From Candidatus Aminicenantes bacterium (lineage in GTDB: Bacteria; Acidobacteriota; Aminicenantia; Aminicenantales; Saccharicenantaceae): a stretch of DNA of 64,000 bases. Made by a program: the position numbers and the translations under genes. Below, piece by piece: positions 29,036 to 39,941 of the stretch (position 1 is its first letter; every line of letters starts with the position of its first letter). Under the pieces are notes generated by a model. The model was not told the DNA's origin, did no database searches, and worked only from the letters and a program-made list of their open reading frames with translations. The stretch spans positions 3,061-67,060 of the forward strand of contig PNJE01000009.1 in assembly GCA_002877915.1 (NCBI GenBank), given 5' to 3'.

Positions 29036-30169
29036 ATGCCAGCTATAAACCTTAAAAGTAAAAAATATTTATTAATTTTCTTACTGGCCGCTATTATTAA
29101 TTTCAGCTGCGGGACCAAAAAAGAGCTAACTACTACTCAGGAAAACCAACCCGACGTCAATCAGACTCCTTCCAGGGTGCATCTCACTCCAGAAGCCCTC
29201 AAAACTGCTGGTATCGAAATTTCCGAGCTCTCAACCATAAAGATACAAAGGCAGCTCGAAGTTCCGGGAGAGGTCGTCTTTAACCCCAAAAATTATTATC
29301 GCTTAGCTTCAAGATTATCAGGGCGGGTAGAAGAACTCCTGGCTTACGAAGGCAACCTGGTAAAAAAAGGACAAGTGGTAGCCAGGCTCTTTAGCCTACA
29401 ATTTATGGAAGCCATCACCGAGCTCCGACTGGCGGCTGAAAGGCTGAAAAAAATAGAGAATCTCGATCAGGAAGACAAAACAGCCGCTCTATCAGTATTA
29501 AATTCAGCCAGGCAAAAGCTCAGGATTCTCGGCCTCGAGCCAGGTGAAATTGACCATTTAATTAACATCAGTGCCTCCAATGAGGATATAAATCTTTATC
29601 CCGTCACTTCTCCCCTTGAAGGCCAGGTCATCGCCACCAGAGTTCTTACCGGCGATAATGTGGAAGCCGGGGCTCTTCTGATGGAAATAGCCGACCTTAA
29701 AGAGCTCTGGGTTGAGGTGAGGATACAGGAAAAAGATGTATCACTTATCCAATCAGGGGAACAAGCTCTGGTCAGGGTAAATGCTTTCCCGGAAGAAAGC
29801 TTCACCGGCCAGATAACTTATATTTCTCCTCTTTTAGATAGCTCCACCAGAACAATTAAAGCTCGGATTATAGTGAATAATAAGAATGGTCACCTGAGAC
29901 CGGGAATGTATGCTGAAGCTTCCATTTTAATTCCTGAAACCAGTTGTCTGGCTATCTCGGAGGAAGCGGTGCAAGAAATAGGAGGGAAAACCGTGGTCTT
30001 CATGCCACAAACCGGGGGAGATTTTGCTATCCGGGAAATAAAAATCGGCCATCCCATAAATGGGAAAATTCCTGTGCTGGCCGGTTTATCAGCTGGCGAA
30101 AGATATGTTAGTCACGGAAGTTTCATCCTCAAGTCAGAAATGCTGAAAAATGTTTTTGGAGAGGAGTAA
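29036..30169 (+). CDS. RND periplasmic adaptor lipoprotein (CusB/CzcB-like)
   Basis: 377 aa. Lipobox (NFSCG) and HlyD_D23/barrel-sandwich pattern. AGGAG Shine-Dalgarno. Confidence 0.88.
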   Translation: MPAINLKSKKYLLIFLLAAIINFSCGTKKELTTTQENQPDVNQTPSRVHLTPEALKTAGIEISELSTIKIQRQLEVPGEVVFNPKNYYRLASRLSGRVEELLAYEGNLVKKGQVVARLFSLQFMEAITELRLAAERLKKIENLDQEDKTAALSVLNSARQKLRILGLEPGEIDHLINISASNEDINLYPVTSPLEGQVIATRVLTGDNVEAGALLMEIADLKELWVEVRIQEKDVSLIQSGEQALVRVNAFPEESFTGQITYISPLLDSSTRTIKARIIVNNKNGHLRPGMYAEASILIPETSCLAISEEAVQEIGGKTVVFMPQTGGDFAIREIKIGHPINGKIPVLAGLSAGERYVSHGSFILKSEMLKNVFGEE

Positions 30170-30175
30170 GTAAAA

Positions 30176-33100
30176 ATGATTGATCATTTGATCAATTTTT
30201 CCCTGAAAGAAAGATTTTTTGTGATCATCCTCAGCCTGTTGATAATTTCTCTTGGTATTTTTTCGTTTATCAAGCTCCCCATAGATGCTTTCCCAGATGT
30301 AACCAATATCCAGGTAGAAATTCTGAGTTCAGCTCCTGGTTATTCCCCCTTTGAAGTAGAAAAATTCGTGACCTTTCCGCTTGAAACCCATCTCCGGGGA
30401 ATTCCCAAGCTTGCCCAGCTTCGATCGATATCGAGGTTTGGACTTTCGGTTATTACTGCGGTTTTTGAAGATAAGACCGATATTTATTTTGCCAGGGAAC
30501 AGGTTTTTGAAAGATTAGCCGAAGTAAAAGACAAAGTTCCAGAAGGAGTTGAAATCAGTCTCGGACCAATTGCCACGGCCATGGGTGAAATATACCAATA
30601 TACCCTGGAAGGCAACGAGCCTAAAAGACCAGAAGATTGGGTTTCTTATCTTACCAAGTTGAGAAATATCCAAGATTGGGTACTTACCCCCATTTTCAGG
30701 AGTATTCCAGGGGTAAGTGAAGTTAATTCTTTCGGTGGTTATATCAAACAATATTTAATTAGAGTGAATCCGGAAAGTCTATTGAAGTATAACTTGACCT
30801 TACAGAATATCATTAACGCTGTCCAGAATAATAATTTAAATGTCGGTGGTAACATCATTGAGAAAGGAGAACAACAGCTGATTGTTAGGGGGACCGGGCT
30901 GTTCAATAAAATAGAAGACATTGCCAACACAGTAATAAAAGCCGAAAATGGAATCCCTGTTACCTTGAAAGAAGTAGCCCAAGTAGAAGTCAGCCAAGCA
31001 ATTCGACAGGGAGGAGCCATTAAAAACGGAGAAAAAGAAGTCGTTGGGGGAATTGTGCTGATGCTGAGGGGCGAAAATAGCCGCGAGGTCACCAGGAGAA
31101 TTGAGAAAAAGGTTGAAGAAATTAATTCCAGTCATCTGTTAGGTCCGGGTCTTAAGATAATTCCATTTTATAAAAGAACAGACATTATTCAGAACAGCAT
31201 CAGGACAATAGAAGATGCTCTGGCGATGGGGGCTATTCTGGTTATCTTAATTATTTTCATTTTCCTCCGGAGTTTACGCGGTGCTTTGGTGGTAATACTG
31301 GCCCTCCCCCTGACTGCCCTTTTAACCTTTATAGTTATGAAACAGGTAGGCCTGAGCGCTAACTTGATGACTCTTGGAGGCCTGGCTATTTCTATCGGGA
31401 TGGTAATCGATGCGGCTATCATTCAAGTTGAAAACATAGAAAGACATCTCACTGGAAAAGGACAAAAAGACCTGGCCACCTTTTCTCAGGCAATCATTGA
31501 AGTTCGCAAACCCAGTATCTTCGGAGAATTAATTATTGCTCTGACTTTTTTGCCGCTTTTAAGCTTGCAGGGTATAGAAGGCAAAATGTTTTCGCCATTG
31601 GCTTTAGCCTTATCCATTGCCATTTTATGTTCTTTATTTATCTCCCTTTTAATCATCCCGGGCCTTTCTTTCCTGGTTTTGAAGAATAAAGCTGAAAAGC
31701 CAAGCCCACTTATCAACAGGATGAATAAAATTTATGTTTCTTCTCTCAGTTGGGCTCTGCATCATAAGGCCATTGTGGCTGGTCTAACTTTATTTCTGCT
31801 GGCTGGTTCAATCTGGATTATTCCTCATCTCGGGCGAGAATTCCTCCCGATAATGGATGAGGGAGCTTTTGATATGGATATTCAGATGCTGCCAGGCATT
31901 TCTCTAGAGCAAGCCATGTCTATCGTCAAGGAAGTAGAAAAACGATTAAAAAAATTCCCCGAGCTGGAGACTGTAGTCTCGCGCACGGGCCAAACCGGGA
32001 TAGCTCTTGAAGCCCGTGGAGTTGAAAAAACCGGGTTTGTTGGCGCCCTTCGGCCAAGGAAAGAGTGGGCTTCCGCCCGAAATAGAGAAGAGCTTACCGC
32101 TAAAATGAGGCAGGCTATTTCTGACATCCCGGGAATATCTTATTCCTTCAGCCAGCCCATAGCCTGTCGGATAGATGAGCTGGTAGCCGGCACCAGAGCT
32201 CAGTTGATAATAAAAATCTTTGGTGACGATCTGGAAATTCTAAAAGCCAAGGCTGAGGAAATCGCTGGTGTGGTTGGCAGTATTCGAGGATCTACTGATA
32301 TTGTGGTAGAAAGGATATCAGGCCAGCTATATCTCGAGGTCAACGTCAATAGAGAAAAAATAAAAAGATTTGGGCTACGAGCAGCAGATGTCCTTTCTCT
32401 GGTAGAGACGGCGGTCGGGGGGAAGGCAATTACCAGAATGTATGAAGGAGAAAAAGCCTACGATGTAGTGGTAAAATATCCAGAGGATAAACGTAACTCA
32501 ATTGAAAGCCTTAAAGAAATTTTAGTCGATACTCCCCAAGGTTATCGCCTTCCTCTCAGCGAGCTGGCTTCTATTGAGCAGGTGGAAGGTCCATCCCAGA
32601 TCAGCCGGGAAGCTTCCGCCGAATTGGAATCGAAGTTAACATCAGCGGCCGGGACCTGGGCCGGTTTGTGGACGAAGCCAGGCAAAAAATAGCCCAGCAG
32701 GTGAGCTTGCCCTCAGGTTATCGCCTCGAATGGGGAGGCCAGTTTGAAAATCAGCAACGCGCTATTAAAAGACTAATGATTATCGTGCCCTTAACCATAG
32801 GTTTAATTTTCTTCCTTCTATTTATCACTTTTGACTCCTTTAAATTAGCTTCTCTCGTTCTCCTTAACCTGCCTTTTGCTCTCATTGGAGGGGTCTTTTC
32901 CCTATGGCTTTCAGGCCTATATTTATCTGTTCCAGCGTCGGTTGGATTCATTGCTCTTCTGGGCATAGCGGTACTAAATGGAGTGGTATTGGTCAGCTAC
33001 TTCCAGCAGATGATTGCTGAGGGACGACCAACCGAAGAAGCTATCCTTCTGGGCGGCCAACGAAGGTTAAGGCCGGTCTTGATGACTGCCGCCACCACTC

Positions 33101-33279
33101 TTCTTGGCCTAGTCCCCTTGCTCTTTGCTCAGGGACCAGGTTCAGAAATACAGCGCCCTCTGGCGGTAGTGGTAATTGGCGGACTGGTTACTTCGACCTT
33201 TCTGACCCTTCTGGTATTACCAGTATTTTATTATCGGTTAGCAGGCAACCAGTCGGCCTCAAAAAAGAAGCTTATTTAA
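30176..33279 (+). pseudogene. CusA/CzcA-family heavy-metal-efflux RND pump, interrupted by a 1-nt frameshift near 32617 (true pseudogene or assembly error)
   Basis: Track ORFs 30176..32692 (838 aa) and 32668..33279 (203 aa) are the N- and C-terminal parts of one ~1034-aa HME-RND protein. The TM4 motif GGLAISIGMVIDAAIIQVEN is CusA-like. Frame 1 reads ...QISREAS and then a nonsense tail. The other frame, open from 32578, reads RRIGIEVNISGRDLGRFVDEARQKI, which continues the family pattern. Confidence 0.85.
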
Positions 33280-33314
33280 ATTCACTTTACTGAAAAACAT
33301 CCGAAAAATCATAA

Positions 33315-34892
33315 TCAATTGCCAATAAAATCGACCAGCTTCATATTTTTGTTTTTAAGACTGAGGCCAAGGGCTTTTTCCAGGTAAGCTACTGATACCC
33401 GATAATCTATAACAGCTTTAAGTTCAGACTCTCGAGCATTCGCCAGGTCTCTCTGGTACTGAAGAACGGTGTAATTGGTACTCTGCCCAACCTGCAGTTT
33501 TTCTTGTTCGGCTGCCAGCTTTTGTTCCTGGAGAATCCGGGCAGCTTTATAAGCATCTATTCTTTCGAGGTTGGCCTGAACATTTCTCAGGGCGGTTTTA
33601 ACATCAAGAATGGCCTGCTGCTCCTGCTGCTTCAAATTTAGTTCGGCCTGTTGAAGATTCAACCTGGCTTGAGAATAACTGGCCCTGGAAGCAACATTGC
33701 TCAGCGGCAAGCTCAAGGTCAGGCCGACCGACCAGTTCTTGTATTTTAACCCAAAAGCATCGTTCAGTGATTTGCTCCGAGGTCCCGGGATCACATCCAC
33801 TATTACTCCGGTCAAAGGATTATTATTGAGATAAACTAACCTATCTCCAGAAAGGCCAGGAGTATAAAAGGTGGCGTTTAAATTAAGGGCAGGCAGAAGC
33901 TGGTTCTTGGCCAGCGTCAGATTGAATTGTTGAGCTTGCAAATTAATCTGGAGATTTCTGAGGTCAGGCCGATTGGCGAGGGCAATAGATAAAGCCTCAT
34001 CCAGGGACATTTCCTTCTTTTCAATAGCAGGAAGATCGACTGGATTAATCGAGGAATATTGCTTTTCTTCTTCCTGGCTCATATTCATCAGGGTTTTCAG
34101 CTGGTCCTCAGCATTTTTGACCGCGGCTTGAGCAGCAATTATATCCGCTTTTCTTGAAGCCACTTCAGATTCGGCACTGAGCACATCAAGAGGAGCCAAA
34201 GTGCCGATTTCCACTGATTTCTGATTTTTTTCTAAGAGCTCCTGGGCTAACTCCAGGGATTGTTGTTTAACCTTTAAATCTTCAATGGCATAAACCAGAT
34301 TCCAGTAGGCTTGTTCAGCTGAATAGATGGTATTCATAAGAGACAATTCTAATTGAGCCTCGGAAGCCGCCAAGTTATTCTTGGCGAGAATAATAGTCTG
34401 ATTGCTGATGTTATAGCCGAAGTTTTGCAGGAGGGGCTGGGTGAAATTAAAGCTCAGCGTGCTGTAATATCGCGGATTCCAGGTCTGATAACTCTGGGTA
34501 GTAAAGTTCTTATAGGTATCGAGACTGATACTGAGATTACCGCCAAAAGGAATCGCTTGAACAATCTGTCCATTCAAATCATTGTACCGGGTAATGGTGC
34601 TTTCGATTGATTCCAGTCCGGAAAAAGAAGGAGTATTGTTCCTTCTCTGGGTATAACCGAAATTGAGAGTCGGATAATATTTTTCCTTAGCTTTATCCAC
34701 GCCGGATGAAGCTAATTCCGGACTCAATTTCTGAATGGAAACTCCCAGGTTATTTTTCATCGTCCTGATAATACAATCCTCGAGTGTTAGATTTAGAACC
34801 TTTTTTTCCTGAGCTCTAAGTCCTAAATTAACCGTGCTAATCATAAAAATTAATATCAAAAGTAAACTTAAAAATTGAATCTTTCTGCTCAT
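33315..34892 (-). CDS. TolC-family outer membrane efflux protein
   Basis: I start at the ATG at 34892 (GGAGG 8 nt upstream), giving MSRKIQFLSLLLILIF... with a signal peptide. The track start at 34934 adds 14 aa. Two OEP repeats. Last gene of the MacAB-type operon. Confidence 0.88.
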   Translation of the reverse strand: MSRKIQFLSLLLILIFMISTVNLGLRAQEKKVLNLTLEDCIIRTMKNNLGVSIQKLSPELASSGVDKAKEKYYPTLNFGYTQRRNNTPSFSGLESIESTITRYNDLNGQIVQAIPFGGNLSISLDTYKNFTTQSYQTWNPRYYSTLSFNFTQPLLQNFGYNISNQTIILAKNNLAASEAQLELSLMNTIYSAEQAYWNLVYAIEDLKVKQQSLELAQELLEKNQKSVEIGTLAPLDVLSAESEVASRKADIIAAQAAVKNAEDQLKTLMNMSQEEEKQYSSINPVDLPAIEKKEMSLDEALSIALANRPDLRNLQINLQAQQFNLTLAKNQLLPALNLNATFYTPGLSGDRLVYLNNNPLTGVIVDVIPGPRSKSLNDAFGLKYKNWSVGLTLSLPLSNVASRASYSQARLNLQQAELNLKQQEQQAILDVKTALRNVQANLERIDAYKAARILQEQKLAAEQEKLQVGQSTNYTVLQYQRDLANARESELKAVIDYRVSVAYLEKALGLSLKNKNMKLVDFIGN

Positions 34893-34960
34893 ATAAAACC
34901 TCCAGTTACCTTGGTTCAACATAAATATCTTCAAAAAATTAAAGGTTTCCTAATCAACTT

Positions 34961-36187
34961 TTACTCGTATCTCAGGGCTTCTATTGGGTCGAGGCGGGAA
35001 GCTTTGCGAGCTGGATAATAGCCAAAAAATATCCCGACTGAGGCAGAGAAAATGAAGGCTAATAATATTGAGCCGGGTGTAACTACTGTGGTTATGCCCT
35101 GAAAAACGGAAACATATTTCATCAGCCGGGACGTCCCAATCCCCACGATAATGCCAATTAGACCACCGCCTACACTCAGAACAACTGCTTCAATCAGGAA
35201 TTGAAGCAAAATATCTCTTTCCCTCGCTCCGACAGCCAGACGGACTCCAATTTCCCTGATCCTTTCGGTCACTGATACCAACATGATATTCATAATACCG
35301 ATGCCTCCGACAATAAGGGAAATCGAAGCGATGGAACCCAAAAGAATGGTCATAATCTGAGTTGATTCAGCCGCGCTCTGAGCCACATCAGCAATATTTC
35401 GAACCTGGAAATCATCATCAGAACCGGGCATTATGTGGTGTCTATCTCTCATCAATTCTTCAATTTGTCTCTGGGCTTCCTCTGTTTTGTCGGCCGAGAC
35501 AGCCGAGACATCTATGGAAGTTATGTAATCAACGTTTCGCAACCTTTTCATAACGGTAGTGTAGGGGACAGCAATCATGTCATCGCGATTAAAAAATCCT
35601 CCCTGTTCGCCTTTAGATTCCAAAACACCTATTACCTTAAAAGGAATCTTACTTATCCTTATGGTCTTGCCTATCGGGTCTTCATCTTCAAAAAGATTCT
35701 GCTTGACCTCGCTTCCCAAAACACAAACTTTGGCGGCAGCAGCTACCTGAGCTTCATCAAAATAGGTACCTTCACTTACTGGCCAATCTCTAATGAAAGG
35801 GAACTTTTCTCCGGTTCCCTGAATCTGCGTATTCCAGTTTTTATTGGCATAAACAACTTGAGCCCTGGTAGAAATAGAAGGAGAAGTAGCCTGGACAGCA
35901 TCGCAATTTTCTTCTATCGCCTTGGCATCCTCGGGTTTTAAATTGGTATAACCGCCGGCCCCAGTAGCCACGCCCCTGAAGTTCCGGCTGCCGGGATAGA
36001 CAAAGAGAAGATTGGTCCCCATAGAAGCAAATCTCTGCTGAATGCCCTGCTTAGCCCCTTCGCCAACGCTGACCATGGCGATCACCGCGGCAACTCCGAT
36101 GATTATGCCAAGAATGGTCAAAAAAGACCTCATCTTGTTCCGGGTCAACGCCCGGATAGAAACCTGTAATATTCTAAAAATTTTCAT
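34961..36187 (-). CDS. MacB-type ABC transporter permease (MacB_PCD plus FtsX domain)
   Basis: 408 aa. TM1, a large periplasmic domain, and a C-terminal FtsX 3-TM bundle. Confidence 0.9.
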   Translation of the reverse strand: MKIFRILQVSIRALTRNKMRSFLTILGIIIGVAAVIAMVSVGEGAKQGIQQRFASMGTNLLFVYPGSRNFRGVATGAGGYTNLKPEDAKAIEENCDAVQATSPSISTRAQVVYANKNWNTQIQGTGEKFPFIRDWPVSEGTYFDEAQVAAAAKVCVLGSEVKQNLFEDEDPIGKTIRISKIPFKVIGVLESKGEQGGFFNRDDMIAVPYTTVMKRLRNVDYITSIDVSAVSADKTEEAQRQIEELMRDRHHIMPGSDDDFQVRNIADVAQSAAESTQIMTILLGSIASISLIVGGIGIMNIMLVSVTERIREIGVRLAVGARERDILLQFLIEAVVLSVGGGLIGIIVGIGTSRLMKYVSVFQGITTVVTPGSILLAFIFSASVGIFFGYYPARKASRLDPIEALRYE

Positions 36188-36189
36188 TC

Positions 36190-36915
36190 TTATCCTCCCG
36201 AGGCCGAAGCTCTTTGCTCGGCGCTGTGGTTGGTTTCTTCTCTAACAATCAAACCATCTTTCAGATATAGTCGCCGCTTGGCATAAGAAGCAATCACCGG
36301 GTCGTGGGTTACCATCACCAGAGTGATTTTTCTCTCCTGATTAAGACGACAAAATATATCCATGATTTCAGCCCCAGTCCTGCTATCGAGGTTGCCAGTC
36401 GGCTCATCAGCCAGAATAATCGATGGTTCATTGACCAGAGCTCTGGCGATGGCCACCCGCTGCATCTGCCCACCAGAAAGCTGATTAGTCCGATGATGCT
36501 CCCAGCCTTTGAGGCCGACTATCTCCAGCGCCTTCATCGCTTTTTCTCTCGACTCTTTACTTCCGACACTGGCATAAAGCATTGGAAGTTCTACGTTCTC
36601 CAGAGCAGTCGTCCGGGAAAGCAGGTTAAAATTCTGAAAGACAAAACCAATTTTTCTATTTCTGATAGCCGCCATTTGGTCTTTGGATAGCTGAGAAACA
36701 TCCATTCCTTCCAGAAAATATCTGCCTGAAGTTGGCTTATCAAGCAATCCCAGGATGCTCATCAGCGTTGACTTGCCAGAACCGGAGGGACCCATAATGG
36801 CCAGAAATTCAGAATAATCCACACTATAGGTTATACCTCTCAAGGCTTGGACCTGGGTTTCCCCAATCTGATATACTCTGGTTATATTTTCCAAATGAAT
36901 AATCTTTTCACTCAT
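36190..36915 (-). CDS. MacB/LolD-type ABC transporter ATP-binding protein
   Basis: 241 aa. Walker [10 protein letters not shown], signature LSGGQMQR, Walker [12 protein letters not shown]. Confidence 0.95.
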   Translation of the reverse strand: MSEKIIHLENITRVYQIGETQVQALRGITYSVDYSEFLAIMGPSGSGKSTLMSILGLLDKPTSGRYFLEGMDVSQLSKDQMAAIRNRKIGFVFQNFNLLSRTTALENVELPMLYASVGSKESREKAMKALEIVGLKGWEHHRTNQLSGGQMQRVAIARALVNEPSIILADEPTGNLDSRTGAEIMDIFCRLNQERKITLVMVTHDPVIASYAKRRLYLKDGLIVREETNHSAEQRASASGG

Positions 36916-36940
36916 TTTATCTCCCGTTTATCTTAGACAA

Positions 36941-38284
36941 TTACCTTCTCATCATAAAAAAGCCACCGCCGGGCGGAGGAGTCTGGGTTCTGGAATTTGA
37001 AGAGACCGTCATTAATCCGAGGATAACTTCATCGCCTTCTTTCAGATTGCCACTGATAACTTCAGTATAACTGCCATCGGTTACTCCGGTCCTGAGAAAT
37101 ACCACCTTTAAATCGCCTTTTTCATCCAGCATCCAGACCCTGGCAGGACCCCTTCTGGCTGCTGACTGACCAGCTGCTCCAGCGGCTCCACCCATTTGGC
37201 TCATCTGGGCTGGATTAAAAGCTCTCTGACTGCTCTGAGCCGGTTGATTTTCACCTGTCTGTTGCCGCCTGGCGGCCATTTCGTCAAAGGCGGCTTTCAT
37301 AATTTTCTGTAACTCTTCCGGTTTCAAATCTGGCGTAAATCGCAGGGCGGCATTTGGAACCCTTAAAACATTTTTGGCTTCTCCAACAATAATGGAGCAG
37401 GTAGCGGTCATCCCGGGCAAAAGTTTCAGGCTGGAATTATCAACATCCAGGATGGCTGTATATTGAACCACATTTTGCGAAACTTGAGCGGCGTAGCGAA
37501 CCTGCTTAACGGTGCCCCAGAAAGTCTCATTAGGATAAGCTTCCACTGTGAATTTGACTTTTTGCCCCTCTTTAACTTTGCCCACATCGGCTTCATCTAC
37601 TAAACATTGAACCTGCATTTTAGTCAGGTCGTTGGCGATCTGGAAAAGAACCGGAGCCTGGAAGCTGGCCGCAACTGTCTGCCCAACGTTGACATTTCTG
37701 GAAACAACCACTCCATCAATTGGAGAACGAATTATGGCATAACTCAAATTGACTTTACTGGCATCAAGCTGATACTTAGCTTGATTGGCTCGAGCTTGAG
37801 CCTGGGTTAAATTAGCCTTCGCCTGAAGATAATTAGCTTCCGCCTGGTCCATATCCTGAGAAGCAATCAGATTTTTAGCGTACAGACTCTTGGCCCTTTC
37901 ATAATTTTTTTGGGCAATTTCCAGCGCTACTTTGGCTGCATCTACCGTTGCCACAGCATTTTGATAATTGGCCTGGTTCTGTTCAATCTGAGCTTCAAGC
38001 TGGGACTGGTCAAGCTCAGCCAAAATCTCTCCCTGCTTAACCTTAGAGTTAAAATCTACATAAATTTTTTCTATCTTGCCAGAAACCTGGCTGCCAACAT
38101 CAACCAAGACTACCGGGTTTAAAGTGCCGGTAGCGGTTACTACAGTTTCAATATCTCCGCGGCTGACTTTTTCAGTCCGATATTTGAGCTTGCTGTTGGA
38201 ACCCTTTTTGAGCAGAGTAAAGCCAACAACTAACCCAATAGTTACTACGATAGCAATGATGATGAATAAGGTTTTCTTCTTCAT
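36941..38284 (-). CDS. MacA/HlyD-family periplasmic adaptor
   Basis: 447 aa. N-terminal TM anchor, long coiled-coil hairpin, barrel-sandwich domain, and a Gln/Ala/Gly-rich low-complexity insert near the C-terminus. Confidence 0.88.
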   Translation of the reverse strand: MKKKTLFIIIAIVVTIGLVVGFTLLKKGSNSKLKYRTEKVSRGDIETVVTATGTLNPVVLVDVGSQVSGKIEKIYVDFNSKVKQGEILAELDQSQLEAQIEQNQANYQNAVATVDAAKVALEIAQKNYERAKSLYAKNLIASQDMDQAEANYLQAKANLTQAQARANQAKYQLDASKVNLSYAIIRSPIDGVVVSRNVNVGQTVAASFQAPVLFQIANDLTKMQVQCLVDEADVGKVKEGQKVKFTVEAYPNETFWGTVKQVRYAAQVSQNVVQYTAILDVDNSSLKLLPGMTATCSIIVGEAKNVLRVPNAALRFTPDLKPEELQKIMKAAFDEMAARRQQTGENQPAQSSQRAFNPAQMSQMGGAAGAAGQSAARRGPARVWMLDEKGDLKVVFLRTGVTDGSYTEVISGNLKEGDEVILGLMTVSSNSRTQTPPPGGGFFMMRR

Positions 38285-38730
38285 CTTACTTCTCCTTTAT
38301 TCTCCTTTTTAGGTGGGATTTGATCTTGAGGTTTATCCTCACGCCGCTCTGAAGAATCTCTTCTTTGCTGGCGCATATATCTGTCCATCATTTCCTGCAT
38401 TTTTTTCTGCTGCTCTGGCGTCAGAACACTATCCATATCTTTCTTTAATTGGTCCCTGAGTTCCTTTAACCGAAGATGCACTTCTTTCCTGAAAGAATCA
38501 AATCTTTCTTCACTTTCTTTAAAAATCTGCCTGATCCGGGCTTCCTGCTCGGAAGTCAGCTGGAGCTCCTTGGAGATAACTTCCATAGTAGGGAAGGGCT
38601 CTTGCTTTTGAGTTGTTTTTTGCTTGCTTGGCTGAAGAAATGATTTCTCCCAGAATAGACCAACTACTATCCCTAAGCCAAATACCAGAATTAATGATAA
38701 AGCTACCCAGAGCTTATATTTATTTTTCAT
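38281..38730 (-). CDS. membrane-anchored LTXXQ-motif (Spy/CpxP/ZraP-like) periplasmic protein
   Basis: 149 aa with one N-terminal TM helix. Two LTxxQ motifs (LTSEQEARI, LTPEQQKKM) in a helical, charged body. ATGA overlaps on both sides. Confidence 0.7.
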   Translation of the reverse strand: MKNKYKLWVALSLILVFGLGIVVGLFWEKSFLQPSKQKTTQKQEPFPTMEVISKELQLTSEQEARIRQIFKESEERFDSFRKEVHLRLKELRDQLKKDMDSVLTPEQQKKMQEMMDRYMRQQRRDSSERREDKPQDQIPPKKENKGEVR

Positions 38731-39221
38731 TGTTTCCCTCTTCTAATAGCTTCCTGACCTTCCAGCCCGGCAAACAGAAGCTTTAGCTGCCGGCTCTCCG
38801 GCTTATCTTCTTCAAAAAATGCCTGCGTCTCTTTTAATGGGCTCTGATTCTGAAAGAGGAGCATTTCTGCCTGGCTATATTTTTTTGGTGATGGTTGAAA
38901 TAGGAAAAGAGCTCCAACTAAAATAGTAGTGATAATTAAAAAAACCGGCACCGCCGCGGCATACCATCTTTCAGCCACAGCCCACACAGAAGGACGGGCT
39001 TCGCTCGCCAACCTGGCCCGGAACCATTCAGTAAAATTGGCTAAGGGTTCCGGTTCCATTCGACTTTCTGAGAGCAACTGTTTCATACTCTGATAATCCT
39101 TTAGCAGATGAGTGCAGGAAGGGCAGGCCTCCAGATGGGCCTGAAGCCGGGCCAAAGATTTCTCTTCCAGCCGGCCATCGACCAGTTTAGAAATTAATTT
39201 TTCGGCTTTCCGGCATTTCAT
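38727..39221 (-). CDS. zf-HC2 anti-sigma factor, single-pass membrane
   Basis: 164 aa. N-terminal H-x3-C-x2-C (HLEACPSC) and a central TM helix (AAVPVFLIITTILVGALFLF). 4-nt overlap with the sigma gene. Confidence 0.8.
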   Translation of the reverse strand: MKCRKAEKLISKLVDGRLEEKSLARLQAHLEACPSCTHLLKDYQSMKQLLSESRMEPEPLANFTEWFRARLASEARPSVWAVAERWYAAAVPVFLIITTILVGALFLFQPSPKKYSQAEMLLFQNQSPLKETQAFFEEDKPESRQLKLLFAGLEGQEAIRRGKQ

Positions 39222-39820
39222 TTTAATCCTCCTTCCTGACTCAAAATTGGAGCCAGTTTTTTTCTCAAAAGCTTCCTGGCCCGATGCAACCGGGAATCAA
39301 CCGTCCCCGGCGAAAGCCTCAACATCTTTCCAATTTCCTCATAACTCAATCCCTGGACATCTCTTAGAGATAATATTAGACGATACTTTTCGGGCATTTC
39401 TTCCAATTTCTGTCTTAACAGCACCTTGCGCCTTTCCGTTTCTTGATTTTCAGCTATCTGTTGCCCCACTTCTTTATCCTCAGCTCGGAGTTCGGGAATA
39501 TTATCCAGCCGGAGGTCATCTTTTTCTTTTTTATGTTTTCGTAAATAATCTCGAATATGATTTATGGAAATTTGATAAAGCCAGGTGCCAAATTCTGATT
39601 GAAATCTGAACTTTTTAAGAGACACATAAGCCTTTAAAAATATCTCCTGGGCCAAATCATCAGCCGTTTCCCGATTGTGGACCAGGTTGATGGCCAGACC
39701 ACATACTCTGCTCTGGTAAGCTTTAACCAGCTTGGTGAAAGCTTCTTCTTCACCCTGCTGGGCTCGTTTAACTAATTCCTGCTCTTCTATTTGATTCTCG
39801 CCTTTCCTGGTCTCGGCCAT
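39218..39820 (-). CDS. ECF (group IV) sigma-70 family factor
   Basis: 200 aa. Region 2 (DDLAQEIFLKAY...WLYQISINHIRDYLR) and region 4 HTH (LSYEEIGKMLRLSPGTVDSRLHRARKLL). Confidence 0.92.
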   Translation of the reverse strand: MAETRKGENQIEEQELVKRAQQGEEEAFTKLVKAYQSRVCGLAINLVHNRETADDLAQEIFLKAYVSLKKFRFQSEFGTWLYQISINHIRDYLRKHKKEKDDLRLDNIPELRAEDKEVGQQIAENQETERRKVLLRQKLEEMPEKYRLILSLRDVQGLSYEEIGKMLRLSPGTVDSRLHRARKLLRKKLAPILSQEGGLK

Positions 39821-39941
39821 TTAGACGCTACCCCTTTTTTCTTCTTCCTTAAAGAAAATATTTTTTTATTTTTTAACAACTTTCTGGAGGAGAAAAGTTA
39901 CAATTTATTTTACTTAAATGTAGCTTTTTGTTAAAGAGGTT

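Noticed and set aside
32668-33279. The 203-aa ORF as an independent small membrane protein gene.
   Set aside because: Its sequence is the C-terminal TM bundle of a CusA/CzcA pump. Its frame is open back to 32578, where it continues the upstream ORF's family pattern. I therefore treat it as part of one frameshifted gene.
35435-35941. 168-aa plus-strand ORF (and similar long antisense ORFs at 2146..2610, 17640..18023, 7287..7676, 30739..31092, 42144..42506).
   Set aside because: All lie entirely antisense to, or out of frame within, strongly supported conserved genes. They have low-complexity or odd composition and no start-site signals. They are typical shadow ORFs.
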